Origin: Phoronis australis
Lineage: Eukaryota; Animalia; Phoronida
Reading direction: 5' to 3'
Assembly (NCBI GenBank): GCA_002633005.1
Contig: NMRA01000200.1
Span: forward strand, 468,527-532,526
DNA length: 64,000 nt
The notes beneath the pieces were generated by a model that was not told the DNA's origin, did no database searches, and saw only the letters and a program-made list of their open reading frames with translations. Shown piece by piece: positions 25,401-37,713 of this stretch (position 1 is its first letter; the number at the start of each line of letters is the position of its first letter). A program made the position numbers and the translations under genes.

Positions 25401-26659
25401 CTCACTAGCATGTATTTTAATTTTATTAAAATAGAATTCAAGGAGCTCTAATCTTGCAACTGGTAACCAAACCAAAGGGCGTGAAACCACCAAGCAACAG
25501 TATGAAACCAATAAATGAAAACGGAAATTCCTTCCGAAATGGAAGGAAGATTTTGACTGGTCATGGTATGATAGCGACCAGAAATAAAATGTTTTGTGTC
25601 CCGTGTGAAAAATACGCCAATGCATCTGGGTCAGATCTGTTCAGGATCGAATCTTTGAAAAGTCTCAAACAGTCGATGGCTCACTCACCAGCTTATAAAA
25701 AACATATAACTGAATTGAAAAGCCAGGGTAAACTTGTAGCGTGTTCACTGGTGAAATCCAATACAAATACCCACTTTAATAAAGTTGTGCAAAACTTAAA
25801 TATTGTGTATATGTTCTTACACAGTTTATTGTGTAATGTGCGACATTCACATATGTTTGAAAAGTATAATTTGAGTTTAATTACCTTTGGATGAGTGTCT
25901 TATAGGTCAAGACAAGTAAATTTCATTTCTACTGGTCCGACTGGACAAGTTAACATAAAAGTTAATGTCGAGCCTTGTTAGGGTAACACAGAATAGGCTG
26001 TTACGGCCCAATGAATGTGAATTGATGCACGATATAAAATGCAGTTGCGCAACTAGCCACTGAGATTTATACACGAGGTAACATTGCCGCACTAGACGTG
26101 AAACAATATGCTTTCATATTTCTTCGAGTTAGAAGGAATTAAATACATCCAAGGCCTCCTAAGCCTAAGGTGTCCCTCTACACGCAAAAGGTATTTATAA
26201 CAACGTGAATGTTTTAGTCAGTGTGAGGCATAATTCCCTGAAAAGCTTCCAGCGTATGAAGCTCTCCTAGTATAGGTGCTACACCGTGCCAGTGGCAGTG
26301 GTCACTGTCTAGTGTGAGGAATAATTTGCCACAAAACTCCCAGCACTTGGTGGCCATATGAGATGAACACCACCTGTGCCATCAGAGCTGACCCATTTCG
26401 GACGGTGGTACTGTCTAGTAATTAATCAGCTACTGATTCTGAGTAGGCCCACTGCCTTGGCGACTATAAGTGTAGAGTGTCTTAAGACAAGTTAAGTTGA
26501 GTAGTGACTATCATCAACGAACCTCTTTCCAATCAACGGTTGTATTCTCTTCACTGCTTTATCAATTTCCGATTTAGTTTCCGATTTTTCATACGTTGTG
26601 AAGTCACAGGTTGCTGCTACGGCACCCGACAAAGAAAGAATCGTTACACAAAATAACAT
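16295..26659 (-). CDS. M6PR: Cation-dependent mannose-6-phosphate receptor (CD-MPR/MPR46), 273 aa
   Basis: Exons 26659-26523, 19992-19820, 19067-18958, 18257-18115, 17288-17162, 16426-16295 (822 nt, phases consistent). Signal peptide; MRH domain with mannose-binding Q, R, E, Y (GVVQ, NPRK, VENNR, CFYLFE); TM; tail DGCDLVCR...YRGI...[13 protein letters not shown] with DxxLL signal. Confidence 0.96.
17162..17288 (-). CDS. M6PR: M6PR coding exon 5 (transmembrane)
   Basis: [42 protein letters not shown]. Confidence 0.94.
18115..18257 (-). CDS. M6PR: M6PR coding exon 4
   Basis: [28 protein letters not shown]...[10 protein letters not shown]. Confidence 0.93.
18530..18930. repeat. 41-bp minisatellite, about 9-10 copies, M6PR intron 3
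   Basis: Unit ctagttataactcagtactatgtccatgagttgtctcctc(t/c); degenerate at the left end. Confidence 0.95.
18958..19067 (-). CDS. M6PR: M6PR coding exon 3
   Basis: [30 protein letters not shown]. Confidence 0.93.
19655..19813. repeat. 26-bp perfect tandem repeat x6, beside the M6PR exon 2 donor
   Basis: Unit aatgtgtattgtcttgtggtattata. Confidence 0.97.
19820..19992 (-). CDS. M6PR: M6PR coding exon 2
   Basis: [20 protein letters not shown]...AGVVQ...RIING. Confidence 0.92.
21398..21662. mobile_element. Palindromic MITE related to the sub-terminal region of the Merlin-like element at 59.9/62.2 kb
   Basis: aaatggatgaacattacg...aattcttgttaatggcataaa plus ~21-bp AT-rich repeats, mirrored at the right end. 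Confidence 0.6.
24080..25304. mobile_element. Non-autonomous Tc1/mariner-pogo-type element (TA TSD)
   Basis: TA|CCGTACTCGTCC ... GGACGAGTACGG|TA; sub-terminal cccatgct(t/c)ggcttacc(a/g)cccac at both ends; no intact transposase seen. Confidence 0.8.
25500..25710 (+). pseudogene. TTF-type zinc-finger fragment (hAT transposase/ZNF862-like N-terminus), frameshifted
   Basis: [18 protein letters not shown] / [10 protein letters not shown]...[19 protein letters not shown] over two frames with stops. Confidence 0.65.
26523..26659 (-). CDS. M6PR: M6PR coding exon 1 (signal peptide)
   Basis: [20 protein letters not shown]...RIQPLIGK; donor AG|GTTCGT. Confidence 0.88.
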
Positions 26660-27022
26660 TTTCCTTATTGCAACGTGGAAAGTCACTGACTTGATCCACC
26701 GGGAAGTGAACGATACATCACGAGTGGAAAGGAAAATAGGATAACAAGGTCAATTCGACTACTAGTTAAAACGTACAGGGGTCGCTGCGTCGGTCATAAC
26801 TTGATACGACCAGCGGGGCCGGCCGACGAACCCGGAGCGGTGTTATGCTTTTGGGGAACTCGGATAAGTGACAATTGTGACTGGGTCTGTCGTTGGCTAA
26901 TAAGAATGCAATCCCAAGATTGTATGAATTGACAGCATGAAACAATCCACGTTTTACATTCGACCAAAGGGCCACACTTTGCAGTCGGGTGCGGTTTTAA
27001 TTCATCGCGGTCGCGGCGGTCG

Positions 27023-28190
27023 GTCCGTCCCGCGTCCTGCAGTCACCAAACGGTGATGAACCAGTTGCGGCGGCTATCTATTTGTTTCAACTTGTATTTT
27101 ATTCAGATAACCCGGGCTTTGTCCATACAAAGAACTAATGACGATTGTTCGCCTCATGGTCTAAAAATTTTCAGACCCTTAAAAATCATAAACATCTAAG
27201 TACAATCAGCACCAGGCTAATTGCTGACAGACACATCAGACCCTTACTCCAAAACCAAACATGAATGGATGGAACTACTTTTGACCTACTGCATCAGTTT
27301 AATAAACAATTTAGGGGATAAAAAAACAAAAGGACAGTTTATAACCAACGAAGCTTTCCGTGGTAAATGTGAACACCGGGCATTACATATATGAACCAGT
27401 GAGACAACTGAAAACACGAAATACCAGTTTTAACATATACTCAAAATCGCATTAATATTTATACAAATGTTAAACAAAGCATTGCATAATGTCAATGAAA
27501 AAATTACAAAACCTTCAGATTAAATTAGGACTCGGGAATGTCCAATGAGAAATGACAGTAAGCTTGTATAAAATAAACAATCTCCGACGGTTTCTTCAAA
27601 ACTTGTTTATNGTCCGTCCCGCGTCCAGTCACCAAACGGTGGTGAACCAGTTGCGGCGGCTATCTATTTGTTTCAACTTGTATTTTGTTCAGATAACCCG
27701 GGCTTTGTCCATACAAAGAACTCATGACGATTGTTCGCGTCTAAAAATTTTCAGACCCTTAAAAATCATAAACATCTAAGTACAATCAGCACCAGGCTAA
27801 TTGCTGACAGACACATCAGACCCTTACTTCAAAACCAAACATGAATGGATGGAACTACTTTTGACCTACTGCATCAGTTTAATAAACAATTTAGGGGATA
27901 AAAAACAAAAGGACAGTTTATAACCAACGAAGCTTTCCGTGGTAAATGTGAACACCGGGGATTACATATATGAACCAGTGAGACAACTGAAAACACGAAA
28001 TACCAGTTTTAACATATACTCAAAATCGCATTAATATTTATACAAATGTTAAACAAAGCATTGCATAATGTCAATGAAAAAATTACAAAACCTTCAGATT
28101 AAATTAGGACTCGGGAATGTCCAATGAGAAATGACAGTAAGCTTGTATAAAATAAACAATCTCCGACGGTTTCTTCAAAACTTGTTTATA
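27023..28190 (+). repeat. ~585-bp near-identical tandem duplication joined by a single N (probably uncollapsed haplotypes)
   Basis: Copies 27023-27610 and 27612-28190 differ by few SNPs and small indels; N at 27611. Confidence 0.9.
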
Positions 28191-29175
28191 CAAGAAATAG
28201 AGGCGAGCAACTAATGAGACACAATTTGAACCAAAGTTTCAGGAACTGAATTGTAAAACTTCAACATTCATCAGAGGTAATTGCAAACAATAATAAAAAT
28301 AACATGGATGCAGAATAACGGTAATCGTACTTCACTTATGTAATTAGAAGTGTAGTGGTGTAGAACAGAATATGACAAATTGATGTAGAATAGGTACGAT
28401 GTACACGCACTGTTGGATGCACATATATTTTAGCACAGTCAATGGATGTTCAGTAGACGCAATTTTCTACTGAAAATGTCATTAGTCTTTGGCCAAATGA
28501 ATATTGGAATTATTTTTAAATTTTCACTTGCTTTCTTAAATAAGCACATTCATTCACTGGATGTTGCTGCAGTTATAAGAATATTTCCAACCACACACAG
28601 TTAACAACGCTAATTTTTCTTTTTAAGGTGTAAATGCTTAAACATTATACAACAACTAGTCTAGCTCAACGAAATTTTGTTCGCTTTCGTGAGGTGAATG
28701 TATTAAGCTGTCAATTTCTGCTCAAATTTGACTCAGGCTAGAAAGCAAGTACATTATTATTTTTATCCATACCCCCTGTAAAAAATACAGTAAATGTCGG
28801 CTAAACTGATGAATTGAGGAAATGTCCTTAATGTTTTGTATAGAAATACAAAACAGCTTAAGCAAAACAACAGACGGCTAAATGAGCTACACAGTGACTG
28901 CAATCAGAATGTATCATTCGAAATCAGAGATCAGAGTGATGAGTAAAGTGTTCAATGTACATAGGCGGATTTAGGGGGGCCCAGGGGGCCCGTCCCCCAC
29001 CCCCTTGGCTGCCGCAAAAAATAAAACAGCAAGAGCGTATGGGAAATGTTGAGTTTAGTAATTAACCCCGGTAATTGACATTATACGGCGGAAACAAGAG
29101 TTAAATGTGTGCAGTTTTAGTGTGTTTGGGGGGGGGGCTCAGATCCAATTTCAAGTGTCAAATTCGGAACACGGC

Positions 29176-29994
29176 NNNNNNNNNNNNNNNNNNNNNNNNN
29201 NNNNNNNNNNNNNNNNNNNNNNNNNNNNNNNNNNNNNNNNNNNNNNNNNNNNNNNNNNNNNNNNNNNNNNNNNNNNNNNNNNNNNNNNNNNNNNNNNNNN
29301 NNNNNNNNNNNNNNNNNNNNNNNNNNNNNNNNNNNNNNNNNNNNNNNNNNNNNNNNNNNNNNNNNNNNNNNNNNNNNNNNNNNNNNNNNNNNNNNNNNNN
29401 NNNNNNNNNNNNNNNNNNNNNNNNNNNNNNNNNNNNNNNNNNNNNNNNNNNNNNNNNNNNNNNNNNNNNNNNNNNNNNNNNNNNNNNNNNNNNNNNNNNN
29501 NNNNNNNNNNNNNNNNNNNNNNNNNNNNNNNNNNNNNNNNNNNNNNNNNNNNNNNNNNNNNNNNNNNNNNNNNNNNNNNNNNNNNNNNNNNNNNNNNNNN
29601 NNNNNNNNNNNNNNNNNNNNNNNNNNNNNNNNNNNNNNNNNNNNNNNNNNNNNNNNNNNNNNNNNNNNNNNNNNNNNNNNNNNNNNNNNNNNNNNNNNNN
29701 NNNNNNNNNNNNNNNNNNNNNNNNNNNNNNNNNNNNNNNNNNNNNNNNNNNNNNNNNNNNNNNNNNNNNNNNNNNNNNNNNNNNNNNNNNNNNNNNNNNN
29801 NNNNNNNNNNNNNNNNNNNNNNNNNNNNNNNNNNNNNNNNNNNNNNNNNNNNNNNNNNNNNNNNNNNNNNNNNNNNNNNNNNNNNNNNNNNNNNNNNNNN
29901 NNNNNNNNNNNNNNNNNNNNNNNNNNNNNNNNNNNNNNNNNNNNNNNNNNNNNNNNNNNNNNNNNNNNNNNNNNNNNNNNNNNNNNNNNNNNNN
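29176..29994. other. Assembly gap (N run)
   Basis: Continuous Ns. Confidence 0.99.
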
Positions 29995-32899
29995 ATTTTG
30001 CAGTACACTTCAAGTGTTAGCGTCATGTAAACGGGAAAAGATAGAATGTTAAGACCACGCTTTCATTCTGCGACATTTTATTGAATCTAAATCACTTGTG
30101 CCCTGACATACAGAAAGCAACTACCACTGTTTTTGCAACATATGTTAATGGTCATTCTGTCGCTTGCAAACAATGATTCTTCGAATGGGCAATGTGTCAA
30201 AGTCGTGGACCAAGTAGGTGTGCAACATCAACATACAGATATGAGCAGTACATCACATGGATACTCAGACTGGATGGGCCATAGAAGTTACTCGACAGAA
30301 AACAAAGCAAGTTGACAGAAACATGTCGTCATTCCTTGCACCAACACAAGGTCCAAGTGATTTTTGAGCGATGACAGGCAGACCAATAGACCAAAATAAA
30401 CCCAAACAAATGAAAAATTATAACACAATTACAATAGTGCAGTACTGCACAAGTTTGATGAAAATGCAGAAGAATCCGGATGACTTTACGTCCGAATAAC
30501 CGAGGAAATTATTTTTACGCTTGAATAATCTTATTAATTTGTTCACGTTTCATGTAGAGTGGAGTATTCTTTTTCTTCAACAACAAGATTTTTAAAAGTC
30601 GACTGTAAATTATTAATTTTTTGTTCTCATTATTCATAAGTTGATCAAGTGTTTAGTTGTTGGAATTTTGACCTTTCCTTTCTGTTTAGTCTGTTCAGTT
30701 AATGTTAATAGTGAAATGAACATTGCTGTCTTGGGACTGAAGTTCCCTTATCTATTTCTACTGGTTTCATCTCCACTGTCACATATGAATCAGTCTCAGT
30801 CCCTAGCTGAAGTGGTTGTAGGTCACAACCCACACTATCACAACAAATAGACTAAAAAGAGACATGCAGGGTACAGGTACAGGCTACTGTACATGGGATC
30901 CTGGGAAATGAAGGGATACACAATTACGGCCATCAAAAGTGACTCAACTGTGTATTTGACCTGTTCACTTCAATGTTGTTAACCAAGCATATGTGGAACG
31001 TTTGAATGAACACAAATGATGATGGTTTCAAGAAAACGCCCTGGATTTAGAGGTTGGACTCTACCATAACAAAAGAATAGTTTATAAAATTGTGACATCA
31101 GTGTATTTCTTAGCTGTAAGGTCACCTTGGTTATCTCATTTTGGGATGTATATAAAGTGTACAGTAAGCTTGTTCAAAGTGTTTCTTTTAATCATGACTT
31201 GTACGAAAATGGAGAATTAGTTTACTTTGGTTAAATTCAATGTAGTGACCATTTTTAGTTTACACATTCAAATGAAAATTATAAATAATGAATAAACAAG
31301 ATTGCTTATTTAGGTTAATAATTCTAAGATTCTCTTGACAACTGTTGCCAACTTTATTAAAGTCTGCCATTATTTTGTGTCTTGTTCTACTTACAAGTGT
31401 TCATTTAAATGGAGGACACCAGTGATGTCTGCATAACCAACTTACACAGGGACATATAATTGCGCAACTGAAATAGTTCTCAATATATGATATAGCTGTA
31501 AAGCTATTGTATCCACTATTACTAAAATATCATGACGTTCTGGAAAGTGCATGAATGAAACTGAAAGCTTGTATTAAATCACCAAGCCTGTACAGAAAAT
31601 CACTACATGTTTTGTATTCATACACCACCTTCACATCAATTTATTATTTTATAAAATCATAAATATTGGATGCATAAAAAATAGATGTCATCTTATACAC
31701 TGTTTTTGGGTTGTTTTTGTATAGTTTAACGAAAAGTATATAAGTATTTTATAAAAATTCATTTATAGCGTGTACAGAATACTAGGCTGGGTGTTAAGTT
31801 CCAATGTTTATTACATCTAGTAGTGATAATGAGGGTGTTGGTAAGTTGACACTTTCTAAGTTATAGACATACAGCTGTCCGAGATCTGTACTGCTGTAGC
31901 TAGAGACCAGGCGAATTTTTCTCATGGCACAGTTAGTTATTGCTCAACCTGAGCTGGACGATGCTCGGCGAGTCCCGGCCGGTGTAATATTAATTGGCCG
32001 TAGGGGTCATTTTTTCACTGCAGGGTGGTTTTTTCATGGGGTCTAAATTTAATGTGAAGAGTTTTCACCCCATGAAAAAGTAATACCCCAAGTCCGAAAA
32101 ATTTGTGCTGTCATTATAACGGTTCTCCCGCAACAAAGGCTTGGCAGACATTTGATCGGTACGGCCGCAATAGGCCGGGGATCTTTCAATAAAATTTGAT
32201 AAGCGGAAGTTTACGTATGCCTGTGGGTGACCTCCCGGGGGGTGCTATACTGGCCTGGGTTGGCTATCGAAGAATAAAAACACAAAAGAGTGGTGATCTG
32301 GGTCAAAAGACATGCAATTACACGATTCTTAAACTGGGGGAACGGGTAGCGCCGGATTGTTCTGTGGGCCGGGACGATTACACAGCGACCGGCCAGGCCA
32401 CCAAGGAGGCGTCAACGAAGGGGAGGCAAGGATCACAGCATTTTTAGACCGGGGAAGGGCGCCAAAGAGATGTGGACAGGGGAGGGGGAAGCAAGGACCC
32501 TTGTTGACCGAGGGAGGGGTGCAGGCGGGCCCATAGCCAGCATTGCGCAGGGAGTGGTTCGAATTTCTTGAACTTTACAAATGTCGACACTATGGGGTTT
32601 TCATTAAGGCCCTCAGTTGACGCTTTATCGGCCGTCAAACAGATGGTGGAGAACAAAAGTTAGTATATGGGGATATAAAAAATGCCACAAAATGACTTCA
32701 CTTTTTCAACACCGGAAGAACCAAAACAAATATTTTGTACGCCTATGTATTGAAAAACAGCAATTAAATTTATTATTGACGTATACCCTTACGTACAAGT
32801 CTACATTAAACCAAATATCTACAAAATTACAGAATTTAATTGCACAAAAGTAAAGTATTCTGAATGCAGAAATTCTGTAGAATTTGATTGACTTTATAC

Positions 32900-33768
32900 G
32901 AATCTGCCATTAATAAGCTCTTCCTTTAGTAACATTTAGCAAAAAAAAAACGAAAGGTATATCCATAGAAAAGGAAAATGTTCGATTGCACGATCAAATT
33001 CAAGGTAAAATTTTCAAAATCGCTGTTAGTTTTCTGAATTATAGTTCCGATTTCGTTTTGTGCAACTTAAGTTTTTTCATAAAGCTATGTAACACCTATT
33101 TTTGATAGACACTTATACAAAAGAAGAACGGTTTAAAAACAATCCCTACTATCTGAAAGTTTCGTCTGAATCCGTTCAGCCGCTACTGAGATATGGTGTT
33201 TCAAAGTTGGCCAAAATTGAACATTTTTCTAGAGTACAGCTTCGGCATACCGACTTTATTTGAACTAAGGAACACGAGTTCGCGAAAACGACTTGGTGGA
33301 TTTCGGCGTTGAAACTTTCCTAACTTATATTTATTCATCAATCTCGAAAACACTGTTTGGATTTTCGTTATAAAGGCCTAGTTTTTGCGTAATGTAACAA
33401 AAGACGATTACGACTATTTTCTACAAAAATACCTTACGTTTTGCGAGTTGAGTTGTCACAGAAACCAAACTAAAAGACTAATCCAAAATTTCTAACAGCG
33501 TTTTTGAGGTAACTGGTGAAGATTTCATTTTAAAAAGGTAATTCTTTAAAATCGACAGAAGTTATTTTGTTGTAAATGTACATTTCTTAAAAAAGAAATT
33601 TTGACTTAAACAAGGTGTTAATGTAAAAATAATGAAGGCACATCAATATAAAACATTTTTATAACCCATATTTTTTCTTTCAGAAAATACATACTTTTAC
33701 TAATTGACAAAGCCTGTTTTTTATATACGAGTTAGAACGGCGGCCACTACATAAGGTTTGAGATAACC
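32900..33768. mobile_element. Kolobok-like relic related to the 1245-1902 MITE (right end intact, left end undefined)
   Basis: Ends ...GAGATAACC|TTAA; tctttcagaaaat...acttt...ttg(a/t)ca shared with 1800-1860; related degenerate copies near 45866 and 53090. Confidence 0.55.
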
Positions 33769-35784
33769 TTAAGTCTAGCGAGCATCCAATTACATTTCAG
33801 TCATCGTCATTAAAACGCGTTTTGGTCAGATACGACTGGCTTCTGTTTGCGTATTTATATATCAACACCGCCACATCAAAGTATAGCTCACAACAATTAA
33901 AAGATCAACTAAACAATGATCCAAATGTGCGTTTTCAGTATGTAACACCTTCAAATTAACAATTTTGCAAATTCCCCAACTTTTATGGACGTTTTGAAAT
34001 TATTGAACACACAGTACCAATACCGCGAGGTGTAAAACACCATTTAAGGAATGGGAGGAGCAAGTCTAATAATAGGGAATTCCCAGTTCAAGTACAGAGA
34101 CACTGAACCAAACCGTGGCAATCAGCACTGGCTGACAGGACTATGGCTTACAACTGAACAACAAACAACCACTTGTCAAACAAACATAATTTAATTACAA
34201 TAAGATGTCAAAACAGATATCCAAAAGAATCACATACAAATGATTATAAAAGACCAAAGAAAATGGTATGCAAAAATTGATTGTATAGACACGTTGTGCA
34301 TAGTATCCTCCAGCAAGTTAACTAAGATAATTGAATAATCAAGCTTCCCGAGTACTAAGTCAAAACTTACGAATAAGAAATTCAAGCTCACACAAACTGG
34401 TAGGAAAATGTTTAATTCATACAACCCGAGCGCCAGCTGTCAAATTCAACCTGCGCAAGGTAATAAAACCTATTCCATCACAAATTCAATCTCACACACC
34501 AGGTAGGAAATTGGTCATTGAGTCTGTAATGACAAAATTAATAGCTTTCATAGAAGGTGAGTGAGATGTGTTGGGGGCCAGCACATAATGTCAGGATTTC
34601 AACTTCACAAGTGAGCAAACTTGACATCTTATATGCATACATCAAACAGCAGTTATGGCTCATTGCTGGTGACCAATTTGATTTAATGTAAAAAACATAC
34701 AATACAATACAATACAATAATAAAAATGACAAAACCTAGTTGCAGCAGGTGGGTAGAAAATGCATAGTATTAATTTTCAATATAAACATATAACCCCACA
34801 TACAACTAAACAGCGATAATAATTGAGCTTGGAATAATATTATTGCTCAACATTCTTTAGCGTTGTTGTCCCATAAAAAGGAGGGGGTGGGGGCTGTTCA
34901 GCCTCAGATTCCAATGAACCATCCATAGGAAGGACAAGGGTCGTTCTGGCTACATTACAACTCTGCATCTTCAACCTGCAGCCATTAAAGACAAAGTAAA
35001 GTACCAAATCTTCAAATAAAAATTTCGCATCATTCACAACAAATTTCGATGTTAGTGATTAATAAAATATAATCAGCAGTGAGTAAGTTTCACATCAAAT
35101 TATTACAGTAACTTCAGTGCTGTCATTGAGCAGGAATGGCGCACTGAAAATCTGAAAATCAGTTGTAATCCATTCAACAATCCAAGAGTAAATCACAGAG
35201 ATCACATGACTTTACACATATAAAGCATCAACAACTCCTATTCTAAGATCAGCAGCCAGAGAAGAATAACATTACAGTGTTCGCATAGAACAAAATTGCC
35301 CATGATTGTATTTCACACACACCTGTAGATGCCTATAAACAATGAAAGGCATTTTTAACATTAGAGTTTCCTAGACACACACATGAATAAGTAAAATAAC
35401 ACATACCATAGAATAACATACTAACAAGAAACATTTCACACATCACTCAACAATAATTCATTCACTGTCTACTTCACAGCAGTTTGATACAATAAACTCT
35501 CAAAATCAGCTGGAATGGTCGATTCTCAGAAAATAGCAACAAAAATGTAATTGGAATTTCATTCATAATGCAATTTGTTCAAAATAATGTCCTACTTTAG
35601 ACTATTTAACAATAAGATATTATTTGTTCATGTCCTCTCTCAACAAAAACTAAAACGTCTGACAGAGGAATGTCGAATAATAATAATAACAAGTGACAAG
35701 GCTCCATGTCACTGAGCCCTACATGGTGTTTACCAACAGGTGCCCACTTGCAGGAAGCAAATTGCAACACTAAATCAACACACA

Positions 35785-37713
35785 TTACAAGGAAACATTT
35801 TGATCACCATTCTCACTTTGTTTAGCCTCCATGTCATGCCTGAACTTATGTGGAGGCATTTGTGAAGGAGTGAGTACAGCGTAGGTACAGCCAGGTTGTA
35901 TACAGTGGTAGTGGGTCTGCTTTGTCTTGTGTGGGCAGTGAGCTACTTCGCAGTCTTGAGTCCCCGCTGTTTTTGTGAAGCCTTGCGCTCGGTACCCATC
36001 CATCTTGGAATGATGTTTGCGATGACCAATCACGCGGTTAGTATCGCAGCACATGAATTCACACTTGAGACAGTGAAAATGTGAGGACTTCTGTCTGAAC
36101 ACGCAGGCCTCATGCTCACAGTCCAGGTTGGCCCTGAACTGCCTGAAGTCAGAGCCCATGATCTTGTCGATGCGCTCATGGCGCAATGTGTGAGGCAGCA
36201 TGCGTGACCGATCACTGAAGCCATACTTACAGTCATCTCTGGTACAGTGGTAGTGTGTCTGCAACTGACGATAAGAGCACTTCTCCTCACTGCAGTTTTC
36301 ATCAAAGCGAACACGGACATAACCTGGCGGAACACTAACATCAGCTTTCTCGCGAGGACTGTGGATTCTTTTTGGTTTAGATGGATCTGTTTCGATGAAC
36401 TTCCACGATCTCTTCCTCTTCCTACCTGACTTGGGGGTGACAGAGCTGGTATCCATGACTTCATCAGATACATTAGAGAGGTTCAAGCTGCCTTCATCAT
36501 ACACACCACTGTTGACGGAGTCATCTTCTGTGACTGCACCTTCACTTGTATCTGTCTTCACCAACATCGACACTGGACTACAGTCAGAACTGGTGAGTCT
36601 GTGCTTGTTCATGATGTGTGTGTGTAGTTTGACTTCCTCAGTGAATGCTTGGTTACACTCACTGCAGTGGTAATGATTTCGTTTCTTGAGCTTACAGAAA
36701 GGCCTGCCACAGTTTTGCAACATGCTGAAGTGCATTTTGCTCAACTGCATCATCCAATCCTGTCTTGACAGCTGAGTTGTCTGCTTCAATAATCTGGCCA
36801 AGGGCAGTGAATCAGATGCTGTGCTAACTACTTGACTGTCTTTAGAGTTGGATGTTGTGGCCACACCTTGATCTAATCCTGCATTAACAGATGGCGGGTC
36901 AGTCTGTGTCGTCTGTATAGTAGGTATGGTGACAGCAATGGGACCGGCGGTAGTCTGAATGATCTGAATGGGCTGTGCGCTGCTGACTGTCTGGGGCTGA
37001 CCAATCAAGTGTTGGGGATAGAACGTCCCAGCAGACTTGACGATGCCATCTACAGCCTCCTTGTTAACAGGGATAAGTATCATCTGAGGCGGTGCATCAG
37101 CAGGTGGTGCAGCAGGCAGCACACCAGGAGGGTCTGCGCCAGTCACATGTCGCCTCTCGTGTTGCTGCATGGTAGTATGGCGCACAAATGAGTAATCGCA
37201 CTTCGGCCGCACACAGTGGAAATGACGGTTGGCCTTGTTATTATGACAATGAGACCGGCGACAGTTGACGTTACGGTCAAAGAACTCAAACCCTTCTCGA
37301 ATGTGTACAAATCCATGAAAGTCCTTCTTGTGTATGTTCAAAACATCTGGTCTGTCAGTTGCATGATGGCAACGCGGCTGAAGGCAGTGCCAGTGGCGGA
37401 CTCTAGAGTGGTACATACACAGGGCATCTGGGCACAGCTCCCCAGGCTCGTACATTTTAAATCCATCAAATACCAAGGATGGATCGCTGTCAGCTATGTC
37501 TTTCTTAGCATCAGCTGCAGGGATAATGGGCCGAGGTACTACCGGAATGTGGTCACGTTGATACTTGGGGGGTCTACCTCGCTTGCGCTTCAATGCATCA
37601 GCCACAGTGTTACGACTGGGTAGGCGAGCAAACTTGGTGGGAATTTCATGAGTCTTGAAATGTTTCAAGCGATCAAACGGCTCTGAATTGGTCACCACCG
37701 CTGAACAATTGGG
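35785..37713 (-). CDS. CASZ1: CASZ1 terminal coding exon (AT-hook plus 6 castor fingers)
   Basis: 1929-nt open frame after tttcag; KRKRGRPPK; repeated CxxxxC...HYHCxxxxC...HxxxH. Confidence 0.95.
   Translation of the reverse strand, partial: PNCSAVVTNSEPFDRLKHFKTHEIPTKFARLPSRNTVADALKRKRGRPPKYQRDHIPVVPRPIIPAADAKKDIADSDPSLVFDGFKMYEPGELCPDALCMYHSRVRHWHCLQPRCHHATDRPDVLNIHKKDFHGFVHIREGFEFFDRNVNCRRSHCHNNKANRHFHCVRPKCDYSFVRHTTMQQHERRHVTGADPPGVLPAAPPADAPPQMILIPVNKEAVDGIVKSAGTFYPQHLIGQPQTVSSAQPIQIIQTTAGPIAVTIPTIQTTQTDPPSVNAGLDQGVATTSNSKDSQVVSTASDSLPLARLLKQTTQLSRQDWMMQLSKMHFSMLQNCGRPFCKLKKRNHYHCSECNQAFTEEVKLHTHIMNKHRLTSSDCSPVSMLVKTDTSEGAVTEDDSVNSGVYDEGSLNLSNVSDEVMDTSSVTPKSGRKRKRSWKFIETDPSKPKRIHSPREKADVSVPPGYVRVRFDENCSEEKCSYRQLQTHYHCTRDDCKYGFSDRSRMLPHTLRHERIDKIMGSDFRQFRANLDCEHEACVFRQKSSHFHCLKCEFMCCDTNRVIGHRKHHSKMDGYRAQGFTKTAGTQDCEVAHCPHKTKQTHYHCIQPGCTYAVLTPSQMPPHKFRHDMEAKQSENGDQNVSL

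Noticed and set aside
26660-26686. Upstream start for M6PR given in the ORF track
   Set aside because: It is a GTG; the ATG at 26659 gives a normal signal peptide
29105-30052. ~300-aa ORFs in several frames
   Set aside because: They consist of the N gap
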